Below are positions 1 through 10,787 of a DNA stretch of 20,000 bases, in pieces. Source of the stretch: Atractiella rhizophila (taxonomy: Eukaryota); the NCBI GenBank assembly GCA_021432655.1, contig MU271401.1, positions 53,295 to 73,294 on the forward strand. Reading direction: 5' to 3'. The stretch's first letter is position 1, and each line of letters starts with the position of its first letter. A model generated the notes under the pieces. It saw only the letters and a program-made list of their open reading frames with translations. It did not search any database and was not told where the DNA came from. The position numbers were made by a program, and so were the translations under genes.

Positions 1-544
1 TCCGCGGTATTTTAGGACTTTATTGGAGTGGATATGATCGCTGAAGAGGGACAGCCGCACCCCTCCCTGGGCTTATGATCCAGTCGTCAAGATCTACGCA
101 GAGGTAGGGGAAAGGAAGAGAGAGCGTGAGCCATGGTGGGGAACAAGTCTTCGTTGTGGGGTCGATGTAGGAGAGTGAGAACCTATGTGAGTGAGCGTGA
201 GGACAGCAAAGCTCAGAGAGAGGATGTCTCCTGGTTCTTGGAGAGGAAGCAGTTGCTGGCGAGGTGGATTTCGGTCAAGGAGTGGCGAAAAGAGACTTCG
301 AATGGGTGCTTGAAGGTATGGCAATCTATTAGGGTCCCGCTCATCCTGAAAAGGCTCAAATGTGTCCACATGTAGGTAGGAAGCGTCGAAGAGGCGTGAT
401 GAGTTCGAGTCCACATATTAATAGCTCCCGAAGTTTGAGGAGCAAAGGGAGCTGCTCTATATCTCCCCAATTGTTCATTGTCCTTGAATTTGCTAACAGG
501 AATGGCCGTTCTCTTCGGAAAGAAGAAGCAGAACAGCTACAGTG

Positions 545-554
545 ATCACGTGAT
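545..554. promoter_or_regulatory. Palindromic E-box (ATCACGTGAT), candidate bHLH site upstream of LIP2
   Basis: Perfect 10-bp palindrome with TCACGTGA core, 183 bp upstream of the LIP2 ATG; function inferred from motif only. Confidence 0.35.
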
Positions 555-737
555 TCACCGCCAACCAAACAGCTTGCTCTATCCGCCGCACACTCTCTTT
601 AGACTCTTCTCAACCACGTTATAACGCAACAATAGAGGTTGGTCAACTTGTGCATCTGCACCTCTCATCATTGTAAACACGGCTGGCATCATCTCATCCC
701 CAACAACTGCTCAGATTCGAACGTAAATTCAGTGCAA

Positions 738-1691
738 ATGGCCACATCAACTCTACGTGCTCAAACGCCAGCAGTTTTATATCACCATTTCCGTCGTCCC
801 ATGCCATATTCCATCATGCAAAACCTGCAATCGTCTCTCGTCGCCCTTCGCCAAAACCACAAGTCACTGCTCTCCCAACCCATCACGGAGACGTCCAAGT
901 CCAAGTCCAAATCTCTTCGAATAGCGCAGTCGGACGTCCTGCTCTTATTAGAGCATCAGCCCGTGTACACGCTCGGGAAAAGGAGGACGGAGATGAGCGA
1001 TGAGGAGGTGGAGAGGCTGCGACGCCTGGGTGCTGAGATTGTGAAAACTGAGCGTGGTGGATTGATCACGTTTCATGGACCGGGACAGCTTGTTGGATAC
1101 CCCATCTTGGACTTGAACGGACGGAACGAGGGCATGCCCAGCCTGTGGGAGGGAAATCGTTACGCTGGAGTGAATGGAGAGGTGCTGTTTTGCCTTCGAG
1201 AGGTCGTTGTTATGAAGAGCTGACTGAAGAGAGGTATGGAATGTCAGTTGCCCACACGAACATATGTCCACCTCATCTCAACATTCCTCTACGACCTCCT
1301 CCGTTCGCTACCCACCCCGGTACACACCATTCCTCCGAGCACAGAGGACAACGTCGGCCTGTTCGTCACTCCGACGAGCAAGATAGCATCGATAGGCATC
1401 CAGCTCCAACGCCGCATCACCTCCCACGGTTTTGCCCTCAACGTGTCCTCCGACGTCGAGCCCTGGTTCCGAAACATCGTCGCCTGCGGCCTTGAGGGCG
1501 TGAGCGCCACGTCCATCAGTCGCGAGGCGGGACGAGAAGTGCGGGTTGAAGATATAGTCCCCACGGCGTTGACGGAGTTTGAGCGCACGTTTGGGAGGAG
1601 GATGCTGCCTCTGGTGGATAACGCGGAGGAGGAGATTGTGGAGCTGGTTAGAGAGACGGAGCAGAGGGCGGATGTAATGACATCCTCTTGA
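738..1691 (+). CDS. LIP2: Lipoyl(octanoyl) transferase / lipoate-protein ligase B, about 295 aa, 2 exons (738-1181, 1248-1691)
   Basis: Diagnostic LipB motifs: [60 protein letters not shown] (catalytic Cys). ORFs 639-1223 and 1236-1691 are in the same frame and are joined by a phase-0 intron (donor GTGCTG at 1182, or alternatively GTGAAT at 1170; branch GCTGAC ~1218-1223; acceptor CAG ending 1247). First ATG is at 738; the track start at 639 is a non-ATG codon. Confidence 0.93.
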
Positions 1692-1782
1692 ACATGCTTC
1701 TCCCCTTCTATCTTCGCTGTGCAAGCAGAGTAACACGTGAGCCTCGTGTAAAGAGATAACATGATCTTGGAGATTTTATAAG

Positions 1783-3526
1783 ATGACGACATCCAACATC
1801 GCTTCAGCTCTACAAGAGCTTTCTGATCTTCTACCCGGCGACGCGATCTCCATCTCGCAAAACGTTCTCGCTGAGCACGCCTCCTCCTTCGGTTCCATCC
1901 ACAAGCATTCACTCCCCTCAGCCGTGCTCTTTCCCCGCGACACAGCAGATGTCCAGCGCATCCTCTCCATCGCCATCAAGCATCGCATACCCATCATACC
2001 CACCGGCGGAAGGACTGCTTTGGAGGGCCAATTTCTGCCCCTTCCCCCAAGATCGTCAGAGGAGACCTCTCCATCTCTGACGGGATGTTTATCAGTCTCC
2101 ATGCTGAGGATGAACGCCATCCTGGACATCGATGCCCAGTCTGCGACGGTCAGGGTACAGGCGGGAGTCAAGTGGAAGGACCTCAACTCCCACCTTGCGC
2201 AAAAGGGAATTAACCTCTTCTGGCCCGTTGATCCCGGACTCGAAGCTACCTTTGGAGGGATGCTTGCCGTAGGAGGTAATCTCAGTCCTTCACATCATAG
2301 TTTTATTTTGAAGCAAATTTATTGATTGGGGATGGGGCATAGGATCAGGCACAAACGCTGTGCGTTATGGGACGATGAGGGGAGAGCGAGTCCTCAACCT
2401 CGAGGCAGTGATGCCAGACGCGTCCATCATTCGAACCCGTGGAAACAGTCGGGCGAGGTTCGTCTTACCTCTTAGAAGTCATCATTGCAAGGAATCTCAC
2501 AAAAGAATGCTGCGTCAGGAAGTCCTCGTTGGGATTCGACCTCGGCAAGCTCCTCGTTGGCTCAGAAGGCACGCTCGGCGTCGGTGTCCTCCCTCCTTGA
2601 CACCCTGATCATCTTTAAAGAGACATTGCGCAGATAATAACCGAGGCCTCGTTGCGTCTCGAACCTCTCCTCCCGACTCTCGTCGGCATCTCTTCCTTCC
2701 CCTCCCCCGCAGAAGCCATTTCAGCCGTCGTCGCGCTCTCGCAGACCGGATTGCCCTTTCAATGTCTCGAATATCTCGACACCAAGTGCATGGAGGCCAT
2801 CATCAAGACCGGGCTGTCCACTGACAGCATATCTTACCTCGAAAAGCCAACGATCTTCATTAAATTTCAAACCACTGCTTTTCCTCTCCCCTCTCGAACA
2901 TCGTCGTCGAGCGATGGCGACGGACCGTTCCAAAACGCGATATCCATCGCCTCTGAGATCGTTCTCGCACACAACGGCACGCCTCTGTCGGTGGGGAAGA
3001 CTGAGGAAGAGAACGAAGCGATATGGTCAGCGCGGAAGAATATCTTCCATTCCTATCGCGCCATCGTTCCCACGTCATGGGGAAAAGAGTGGAGCATGTA
3101 CACGACCGACTGTTGCGTGCCCATGAGCCGCCTCTCCGCATTCATAGAAGGCATCGAAAATTTGGTCGGAGCGAGTGACTATCTGTACGCAATTATCCCT
3201 TGTTCTCGCCTTCTTCCTTCCCACCGCTGACTGATGCAACCAGATCCTCCACCATTGCCCACGCTGGCGATGGGAATACTCACACTTGCATCTTCTATCG
3301 TCCCACGCACGACTCCTACGATGCCGTTCGGTCGCTCGCAGAAGCAATCTGTAGGCTCGCCATCTCTCTGGAGGGTACGTGTGCTGGGGAACACGGGGTA
3401 GGGTTGAGCAAGAAGCACTTGATGAGGGAGGAGCTAGGAGAGGAGACTGTGAGGTGGATGAAGATCGTCAAGAGCGCCATCGATCCTTTGGGTATCATGA
3501 ACCCTGGCAAGATGTTGCCTGACTGA
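1783..3526 (+). CDS. DLD1: FAD-linked oxidase (FAD_binding_4 + FAD-oxidase_C), D-lactate dehydrogenase (cytochrome) DLD1/LDHD-like, about 500 aa, 5 exons (1783-2275, 2343-2457, 2519-2579, 2634-3184, 3244-3526)
   Basis: Spliced product reads PTGGRTALEG, WPVDPG..ATFGGM, GSGTNAVRYGTMR, RKSSLGFDLGKLLVGSEGTLGIITE, WSARK, TDCCVP, AHAGDGNTH, GEHGVG, DPLGIMNPGK. Four GT-AG introns (2276-2342, 2458-2518, 2580-2633, 3185-3243) each restore the frame within conserved motifs. Family is clear; strict orthology to DLD1 versus a paralogue is not established. Confidence 0.88.
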
Positions 3527-3970
3527 TCCAACTTATGAACTGGGCCAAGGTGGTTGCTTCGTTGTTATTGTTAGACAAGAGGAGGACTGCATTAAGGCGA
3601 AGAATTAGCTACTTGTAAACTAATGCTCCCGTTCGAATCGTCGAATCGGGTGGCATCAAAGATAAATACTGTTAAACCAAGGGAATGTACCAATTAAGCA
3701 TAAAGGACGATAGCATCAAGAGAATGTCGTATGGAAGCGATTCGAATCGAACTCGTTGAACAATAGGACTGCAACCGAACGTGCGAAAGATAGTCGATCA
3801 TGAACCAAGACCAAAGTTACTCAAACAACACAATAATTTGACGAACAAAAAACACCAGTTAATCATGCTAGATCTAACGGGGAGACCAACACTCGGAAAC
3901 GACTGAAATGCAAAGAGAGGAGGGTCAAGACATAAATACCGTAGACAAATAGGAACATCACATTGGACAC

Positions 3971-6900
3971 TCAATAATTCGCCACGGAGCTGAACACACC
4001 TGCTCCGTACCCTTGACCTTTGAAGCGAGGTCGTTCAAGCACGCTTGGAGAAGAGCTACGACAGCTACCATTACAACCACAGGTAGAACAAGAATCCTAG
4101 CAGTTTGGTCTCATCAACACACTTCACAAAAAGGACAAGCATCACACACCTTCTCTACAGGAAGCTTCAAAGTGCTTGCTGCCTTTTCTTTCTTCAGAGC
4201 ATCCAACTCGGCGCGCAGAGCCCGCACGACGGTCTCGAGTTCGACGATCCGATCTTTGTCCTTATTGCTGTCCTTGCTCCACGAACTAGTGGTTGAGTCC
4301 TTCCTAAAATACGGACTGATGGGTGTAGGAGTCGTGCTAAAACTTTTGTCGCTCGAGATGCTTGATGCACTCGAAGCCGAAAACGAAGAATCAATCGGAC
4401 TGATCGGTTTGGGAGAAGGATTAGAGCCCACCAGACCTGTGGGAGTAGTAGAGGAGGATGTGGGTTCAGACTGCTCTGCACCAGCCATGAAATCAAAGTT
4501 GGCAGAGAAAGCCATGGAAATTGGGCGGAGGGAGAGCGCAGGAGCAGTTGCGGCTTCGACTTTGGCAGTTGGGAGAGAGAGAAGAGCTGATGAGCTGACA
4601 TTGCGTTGTCGCGGCTTCTCCAAGGAAGTAGTCTGCTGATCTGTGTCCTTGGAGGACGTGGGGAAAGGCAATTGCTCTACGCTTCGTTGCCTCACTGGCG
4701 CATGAGACGGCGCTTGGAGTTGATCGGACTGGAACGTCTTGTTTGGTAGCCGGGGAGTCGCACTATGTGGAACGGGAGGTATAACTTGCTTTTCGGCGAA
4801 AGAAGAATAAGGAAAGGTGGCACTGGAATAGGAGTCTTGTCGAGCTGGTGGAGGCACAGGCGAGGGCGGAAGAGACGGGACATCTTTATCTTTCCCTAGT
4901 AGCTTCCCGAGGAAGCCAGATTTTCTGGGTTTTATCGTCTTCGAGGGAGGAAGCGTGACATGATGCATCTAATTTATACGTGTCAGATAGGTGGATTGGA
5001 GGTGAAAAGAGGGACACACCTCTTCTTTGGGAGAAGGCGCTTTGTCCGCCAAATTCCTATCACTCCCATATTTATTCCTCTGTTGCTCCCGAGCTTCACT
5101 AAGCGAGATAAGTTTATATCCGCCATCTCCCTGTCTCGTGTTGTTATCCGTCATAGCACCAATATCAAAGCTCTTGATCCCTCCTAATCCTAGTCCTTCC
5201 AATGCCTCGAGGCTCGGTCCCATAATCTTCTCCCTATCCTTCACATTGAACGCAGCACTGGGTCCAGGAGTAGGAGGCTTGATAGAATCTTTATCTATTC
5301 CTCCTGCTATTCGACGTTTGGAAGTGGAAACCGCGCTCTGAGGACTAGGCGAGACTTCTTTCTCCTTCAACGCGTCGTTCTGCAGATCTTTCGTTCGAAG
5401 TGGCGCTAGCGCAACGTTTTTGAAGGCCGTTATGTTAGCAGGCGCACTCTTGGGGGCACTAGAAAGTCTGGCGTTGGACGGGGTGATAGGCGACGGGGGA
5501 GGCTTGTCGAGGAAACCGTTAGACTTGGAAGAAAAGTTTTCCGCTATCGTATCACCGTTGGGCGAAGGAACGTGGAGCTGAAGTTTGTGGATGTTGCGAC
5601 TGGAGGACAAACTTCGCGGTAAAGAAGGGGGAACAATGGAGGTTCCTGGAGCCACGATCTCGAAAGTCGTCGAGCGGGAAGAGATCGTCGTGGGAAGTCC
5701 GTTTCCCACTCCCGCATCGGGAACAGAATTGTTCCTCCCAAGTCCCGGATGTCCCGGACTAGGCAATGGCGGCACCACTTCATCATCAAGCGGTATGGAG
5801 GAGGAAGACACAACGGTGTTGCTTCTTCGACGGGGAGAAGTAGACTTTGATTTACTGAGGGAAATGTTTGTCAGCGTTGACGCAGAGGACTTGCGTTTCA
5901 TTCGCGGAGATCGCCGATCGCTGTCGTCTCCTGATAAACCAGGGATGCTAGAGCTCGAATCGTTCCTGCCTTCATGGAGATACAGAGAAGATCCTTGACG
6001 ACTCGGCATTCTTGGAGTAGGACTGCTGAGGAGATCAGCAGAGGTTTTAGATGATATGGAGGCGAATGACTTCGTGGACGCTGATGTGAAAGAACGCTTG
6101 TGCTCCCTCGCTTCATTTGCCCGAGGTTCTCGCACGACAGAAGAAATCGAGCCGGAGGAGGTCGAAGACGTCGACTTTTTTATCTTGCGAACTGCCGTCG
6201 CTTCCTTGGTATCCGAGAAATCCAAGAAAGAGCTGTCCTTATCGAACTCTTGAGGGGGCCGCGGTAGTTTTCTCGTAGGAGCACTCGTCAGCGTATTGGA
6301 GGACTGCACGGAGGTAATCGTGCTGGTAGAGGTTGAAGTGGTCATAGCAGCAGAAGTTGCCAAACCACCAGCACTTGTCGTCGCCGCCTTGAGCTTCCGC
6401 TCCCTCTCCTTCTCAATCAACGCCGCAATCTCAAAGCTCTTCTTGCCATTCTTCGTGCTATCCTTCCGCACCCGCGCTGGCTCGGCCTCAATATCCTCAT
6501 CGCTATTATCCCATGGCGCAGGTGAAACGATTCGCATCCTTGGACCGAGGAAGGACTTTTTCCTGCTCAACGCCTCCTCATCATCTCTGTCCCGCACCCG
6601 TAGAAGCTCTTCGTCTTCCTGAAGCCGCCTGTCGAGGTCGCTGAAGTCCTCTTCCGCAGTGCTAGCAGAAGATTTCGGCCGGGAAGGAATGTGAGGAAAC
6701 TGGGCGGCGGTTGGGGTAGTGGACGAGTTTGTGGAGAAAGTTTGCTGGGAGGGCGTAGGAGAAGAGGGAACGAGAGAATTGGAGGTGGGCGAGGTGTCGT
6801 TGGCGAGGGAAAGAGAAAGGAGCACTTCCTGCGACCGTAAAGCTGGAGTTTCCACGCTGAACATAGACCCAACAGTGCTATTCGTAGCGACTCTAGTCCT

Positions 6901-7293
6901 CGGTTCTCTCTCCTTCTCTGTCGCTCGTGGAGTGGTGAACCTTCCAAAACCATGGATGGTATCCTCGCTCTCGTGCTCCGTCTCCCCACTTCCCTCATTG
7001 GAACCCTCACCTTCGACACTATTCGGCCCAATAACCCTGAACTCTGGCCTGTCACTAAAATCACTATCCAAGCTATACCTCTCATTCCCATCAAAAAACA
7101 CGTCGGTCTCTGAATCTGGATCGGTGGAAATGATGCTGCTCTCTCGTCTCGCACTCCTCGTAGATTCCGCCAAAGTGGCTGGAGAAAGAGTGGCTAGATT
7201 AGGGGAGGAAATGGGAGTGTAATTCATGTCTGGAGAGTCGAAAGCGACTGGCTGGTTATTTCGGCGGTTGGAGAGCAAGTTCGAAATGTCCAT
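3971..7293 (-). CDS. Hypothetical Ser/Pro/Thr-rich, largely disordered protein, about 1072 aa, with a C-terminal coiled coil and Cys cluster; 3 exons (7293-5020, 4968-4150, 4096-3971)
   Basis: 774-aa and 284-aa ORFs are joined by a phase-0 intron 5019-4969 (GTGTGT...CTGAC...TAG). A second phase-0 intron 4149-4097 (GTGTGT...CTAG) leads to the last exon DSCSTCGCNGSCRSSSPSVLERPRFKGQGYGAGVFSSVANY*. No catalytic domain recognised. Confidence 0.8.
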
Positions 7294-7796
7294 CCTTGGT
7301 TCCTTCAGCCAAGTTCGAGCAGTAAAGAAGGGAGTCGCCCGTATAAATAAGTTCTATGAATTAGAGCGCCTGCCTGCCTCGTTGAGGCTTCTGCAGGCTT
7401 CTACTGGGGAAGTCGGTGGTCCTCAAGTTCTAAGCGCTAGAAACAGTCCCATGAGCTAATCTTGGCCCACATCGAGCCTTCCCTTTCGGATCGAACTCTA
7501 ACAATAACAAGCGTTGGCACGTCACCTGACCATCCTCACTCCGCTGCCCAAAGTCCAATATCTCATTTATACATCAATTGAATGGTAGAGAAGGTATAGA
7601 ATGAACATCTAGAAGACTTATAAATGAAAGGAGAAGTCGAAAGTTCAAGTTCGAGCTCGCTAAGCTCTCCTCACGAAACCAGTCCCCCAAAACCTGAAAG
7701 AAGAACTGAAAGATCCTTTAAAACAGTTTTTACGTTACCCACTTCCACACTGACTTCGTGATAAAAGTCCGTCCTCCTTGAACCACTAATGAAAAA

Positions 7797-10787
7797 TCAC
7801 TCTCCCCAGTCTAACCATTCTCCATAATAATTGGGTCGTTCTCCCCTGAGATAAGCCTCAAAAGTGCGCTTCAAGACCGTCGCCCATCCAAGATCCCTTT
7901 CGTCATCGGAAACATCGTCGCGCCAATCGATGATGCTGTCATCATCGTCCTCCTCTTGGAGCGGCGCAACCACAGGGTCACTGGATGAAACTGAAACGCC
8001 TGTTGGTCCAGCTGATTCGGCATGTAGGCGACCTGCAGCGGTGAGCGACTTGACTTTGCGTCGTGCCTTTCGCTCGCCAGCGATGAATCGAGGTCCAAGG
8101 TCCGGCCATGAACGTCGTGGATCAAATGGCTCCCACCTTAAACGACAAAGTCAATACAACCATCAGAGCAAAGCAATAAAGATGCGCACCAGAAATTGTG
8201 GAAGTGGTACGAGAATGCACCTTTAAAGAACCCTTCCATTCCCGCAACGGCCGGGACAGCGTCCTCTTCGTTCGGAGTATCTAACATCACGCATTAGCGT
8301 TACACTGCACAAAATGGAACAGAGAGATGCATACCGAAAAAGTCTTCGAACCTCTTGAAGTAAGGGAATGGAGGTCTGTCTCTTTGATAGTATTCCGTCT
8401 AAACACGAGCTCTTAGTCAACTCCTTTTTCCGCAGGGTGACACGTACATTCAACCAAGCCGGATCGAAAAGGGCATCAGGCAGCCGCAACAGGAGTGGTT
8501 CGACATAGGCATCCTTCGTATATTTGCTAATCGTCATTGGGTGGAAATCGAGACCATTCTGCAACGCAGTTTTGAAGAGGAAGCTACCCATCGCACTGTT
8601 CCGATTGAGCTTGAGCACGGCGGTATTATAACTTTCAAGCCTCGACCACCGGTAAGCAAATTGTCCCTTCCATCCCCACAACTCTTCCCAATCTCTCAAC
8701 AGGACGGTATCAGCATCGAGGTAGATGCCTCCGAATCGATAAGTGACCACAAAACGAACCATGTCGGACAAGACGGTAGATAATCGGTCATATCCCTGAG
8801 AGGACGTGGAACCAACGCGATGGAAGAGGTCATCAGCACCAGCTGTGGGCTCAGCGGGTGACGTTGCGGAGCGAGACATGTTTGTCGACTTCCGTGGAGG
8901 GCTCGAGTTGGAGAAGGTGGCGATAGCTGGATGAGCTTGATCCCAATCGATCGAGACCGTCTTCAATTCCTCCGCGATCGCGTTGTCCTGAGCAATCGCG
9001 TCCTCTCCTTTCATTGCTTCTCCAAACCTGCCCAACTCTTCACCGCTCAACGCTTCCTCCTCTCCATTCGCACCCACGGCCACCGCGGCCATTGGAGAAG
9101 TAGTCGGGGAGGACTTTGCCTTCTTCTTCTCATCGGGGTTCGAATATTTTACTCCACCACTGTTAAATACTGGCTTGCCCCTCCAATGTTCTTTCAGCTC
9201 GGGAATCGCGTCCAGTTGTTCAGTTGTATTCCACAACTTGAACTTGATCACCTCTTTAAACCTCGGATGGAGGAACGGTGCCGACCACGGATTGTCTTGC
9301 AGTGTCTCGTACATCTTCTCAACACTCGCTGATGGGAGGAGAGAAGCAGGGCCGGGATTGCACCAGATCCAAAGCTGCGGACGACAGACTTTAGCAAGAA
9401 AGTCAGACTTCGCTCTGCTGTTTTGGTCTTCCAGAGGATCGATGTGGAGACCGAGATTTTGGGTGAAGAGGAAGGAGGAGAGGGCGATATAAGGCTTATC
9501 AGTGAAAGGGCCAGTCCAGAAAATATGAAAGATCTTCGGGTGATCCGGGTCGCAGGTAGGGTCAGCGGTGGGATGCGATGGATGAGGAGTGAAGGTTTTA
9601 GGAGTGACGCCGATAGAGTGGTCCTGGAGCTTCTTCAACGTATCAGCCTGTCTGCGTCGAATGGTTGACTCGAAATCCGTATCGTTGGCGAGAAGACCAA
9701 GCATATCGACCTGCGTCCAATCATCGGCTGTGGTCGTCGGCGCAGTGGTAGGCGTCCAGCTTTCCTGCTCCACCTCCGCTGTCGACTTTTCGAAATAAAG
9801 ATGTCTCCACCTATCCGCCTTCCCCCTCCTCGCTCTTTTATTCACATCCAACCCTGCTCCCATCCTAAGAATCTCCAAGCAATCCCTAACATACTGATTG
9901 GTCGAGAAATCGCAATAATCCATAACAATATCCAAGTCTAAAATCGAATTAGGGAATGGCCTAGGAGGATATGCAGGCGCTTGAGACGCATTTTGAGGTG
10001 CAAACGTTTTGAGTTGCGGAATAGGAAGATATTCGCGAGGAAGTCCAACGGGAACAGTGAATTGAGCAGCATCGAAGAGTCCTTGCGCTCTCATAGGTCC
10101 GAGCTGGTTGCGGCCGTCCTTTTGAAATGTGGGTCCTTGAATCTTTCCCTCGTCTATGGGCACAGCAACGTTCTTGGATAACACCGATCCATCTCTCGGA
10201 AGTCCAGGATTACGAAGCGTACTATTGATACCAGAGTTGAGAGGGATCCTTCTCCAGCTAGGATAGTGACCCGACGCAATCTCGTGTTCCCAGATCCTCC
10301 GAATTTCCTCCTTCGAGATTACTAATGTCGAGGGGTCCGATAGCAGATGACGACTCTTTCCGAAAAGAACAACCCTAAGGAACGAGAAAGAAAACAGAGC
10401 GGCAATCACGAAAAGGACGAGAGTGGTGAGAAGAGCGAAGATCGTGCGAACGGGTGAGTAATAAAAAAAAGGGTACGTGTCCGGTGGTCTCGCACCGAAA
10501 GTGAGAGGACGTGAGTGCTGAGGATTGGGGAGTGAGGGAGGGATAAGAGGAATGGATGTCGGATGAAAGAAGTAGAGGACCGGAACCTCAACCCATCTGT
10601 GGATGAGAGGGACGTAGACTGGAAGTGGCTTGAACCATCGTGAAAGTCGAGAATTTCGAGGGATCGGCAACGGCAAAGGAGAATTTCGTCCATTGCTGAG
10701 TTTTTCCATAACCGCACCGTTCGAAGAGTTGAGAAGTGAGAATTTTGAGGCGAGGGAAGGCTTTGGGCGAGAGTGAAGAGACGCCAT
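7797..10787 (-). CDS. Glycosyltransferase family 32-like (DXD sugar-binding) type II membrane protein, about 944 aa; 4 exons (10787-8448, 8398-8335, 8280-8190, 8136-7797)
   Basis: One N-terminal hydrophobic helix (IFALLTTLVLFVIAALFSFSFL), PKIFHIFWTG, SDMVRFVVTYRFGGIYLDADTVLLRD (GT32/Gly_transf_sug signature), C-terminal AFSYHFHNFWW. Introns 8447-8399 (GTACGT..TAG), 8334-8281 (GTATGC..GCTAAT..TAG) and 8189-8137 (GTGCGC..AAG) give a continuous frame ending ...GEWLDWGE*. First ATG is 10787; the track start at 10829 is TTG. Confidence 0.85.

Noticed and set aside
1..568. Short overlapping ORFs on both strands (94-414, 213-470, 356-568 minus; 133-375, 360-545 plus), possibly a small gene divergent from LIP2
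   Set aside because: No recognisable domain and I could not build a convincing splice model; not called, though a small or decayed gene cannot be excluded.
1289..2186. Long antisense ORFs (207, 142 and 136 aa) over LIP2 and the oxidase
   Set aside because: Shadow frames of GC-rich coding sequence with no independent motifs.
4013..7222. Series of + strand ORFs (208, 104, 137, 108, 167 aa) opposite the Ser-rich gene
   Set aside because: Antisense mirror of low-complexity coding sequence; mostly non-ATG starts.
8223..8447. C-terminal tail of the 868-aa track ORF (VRVTLRKK...GNGRVL)
   Set aside because: Read-through of intron 8447-8399 into the wrong frame; the spliced model gives a coherent C-terminus.
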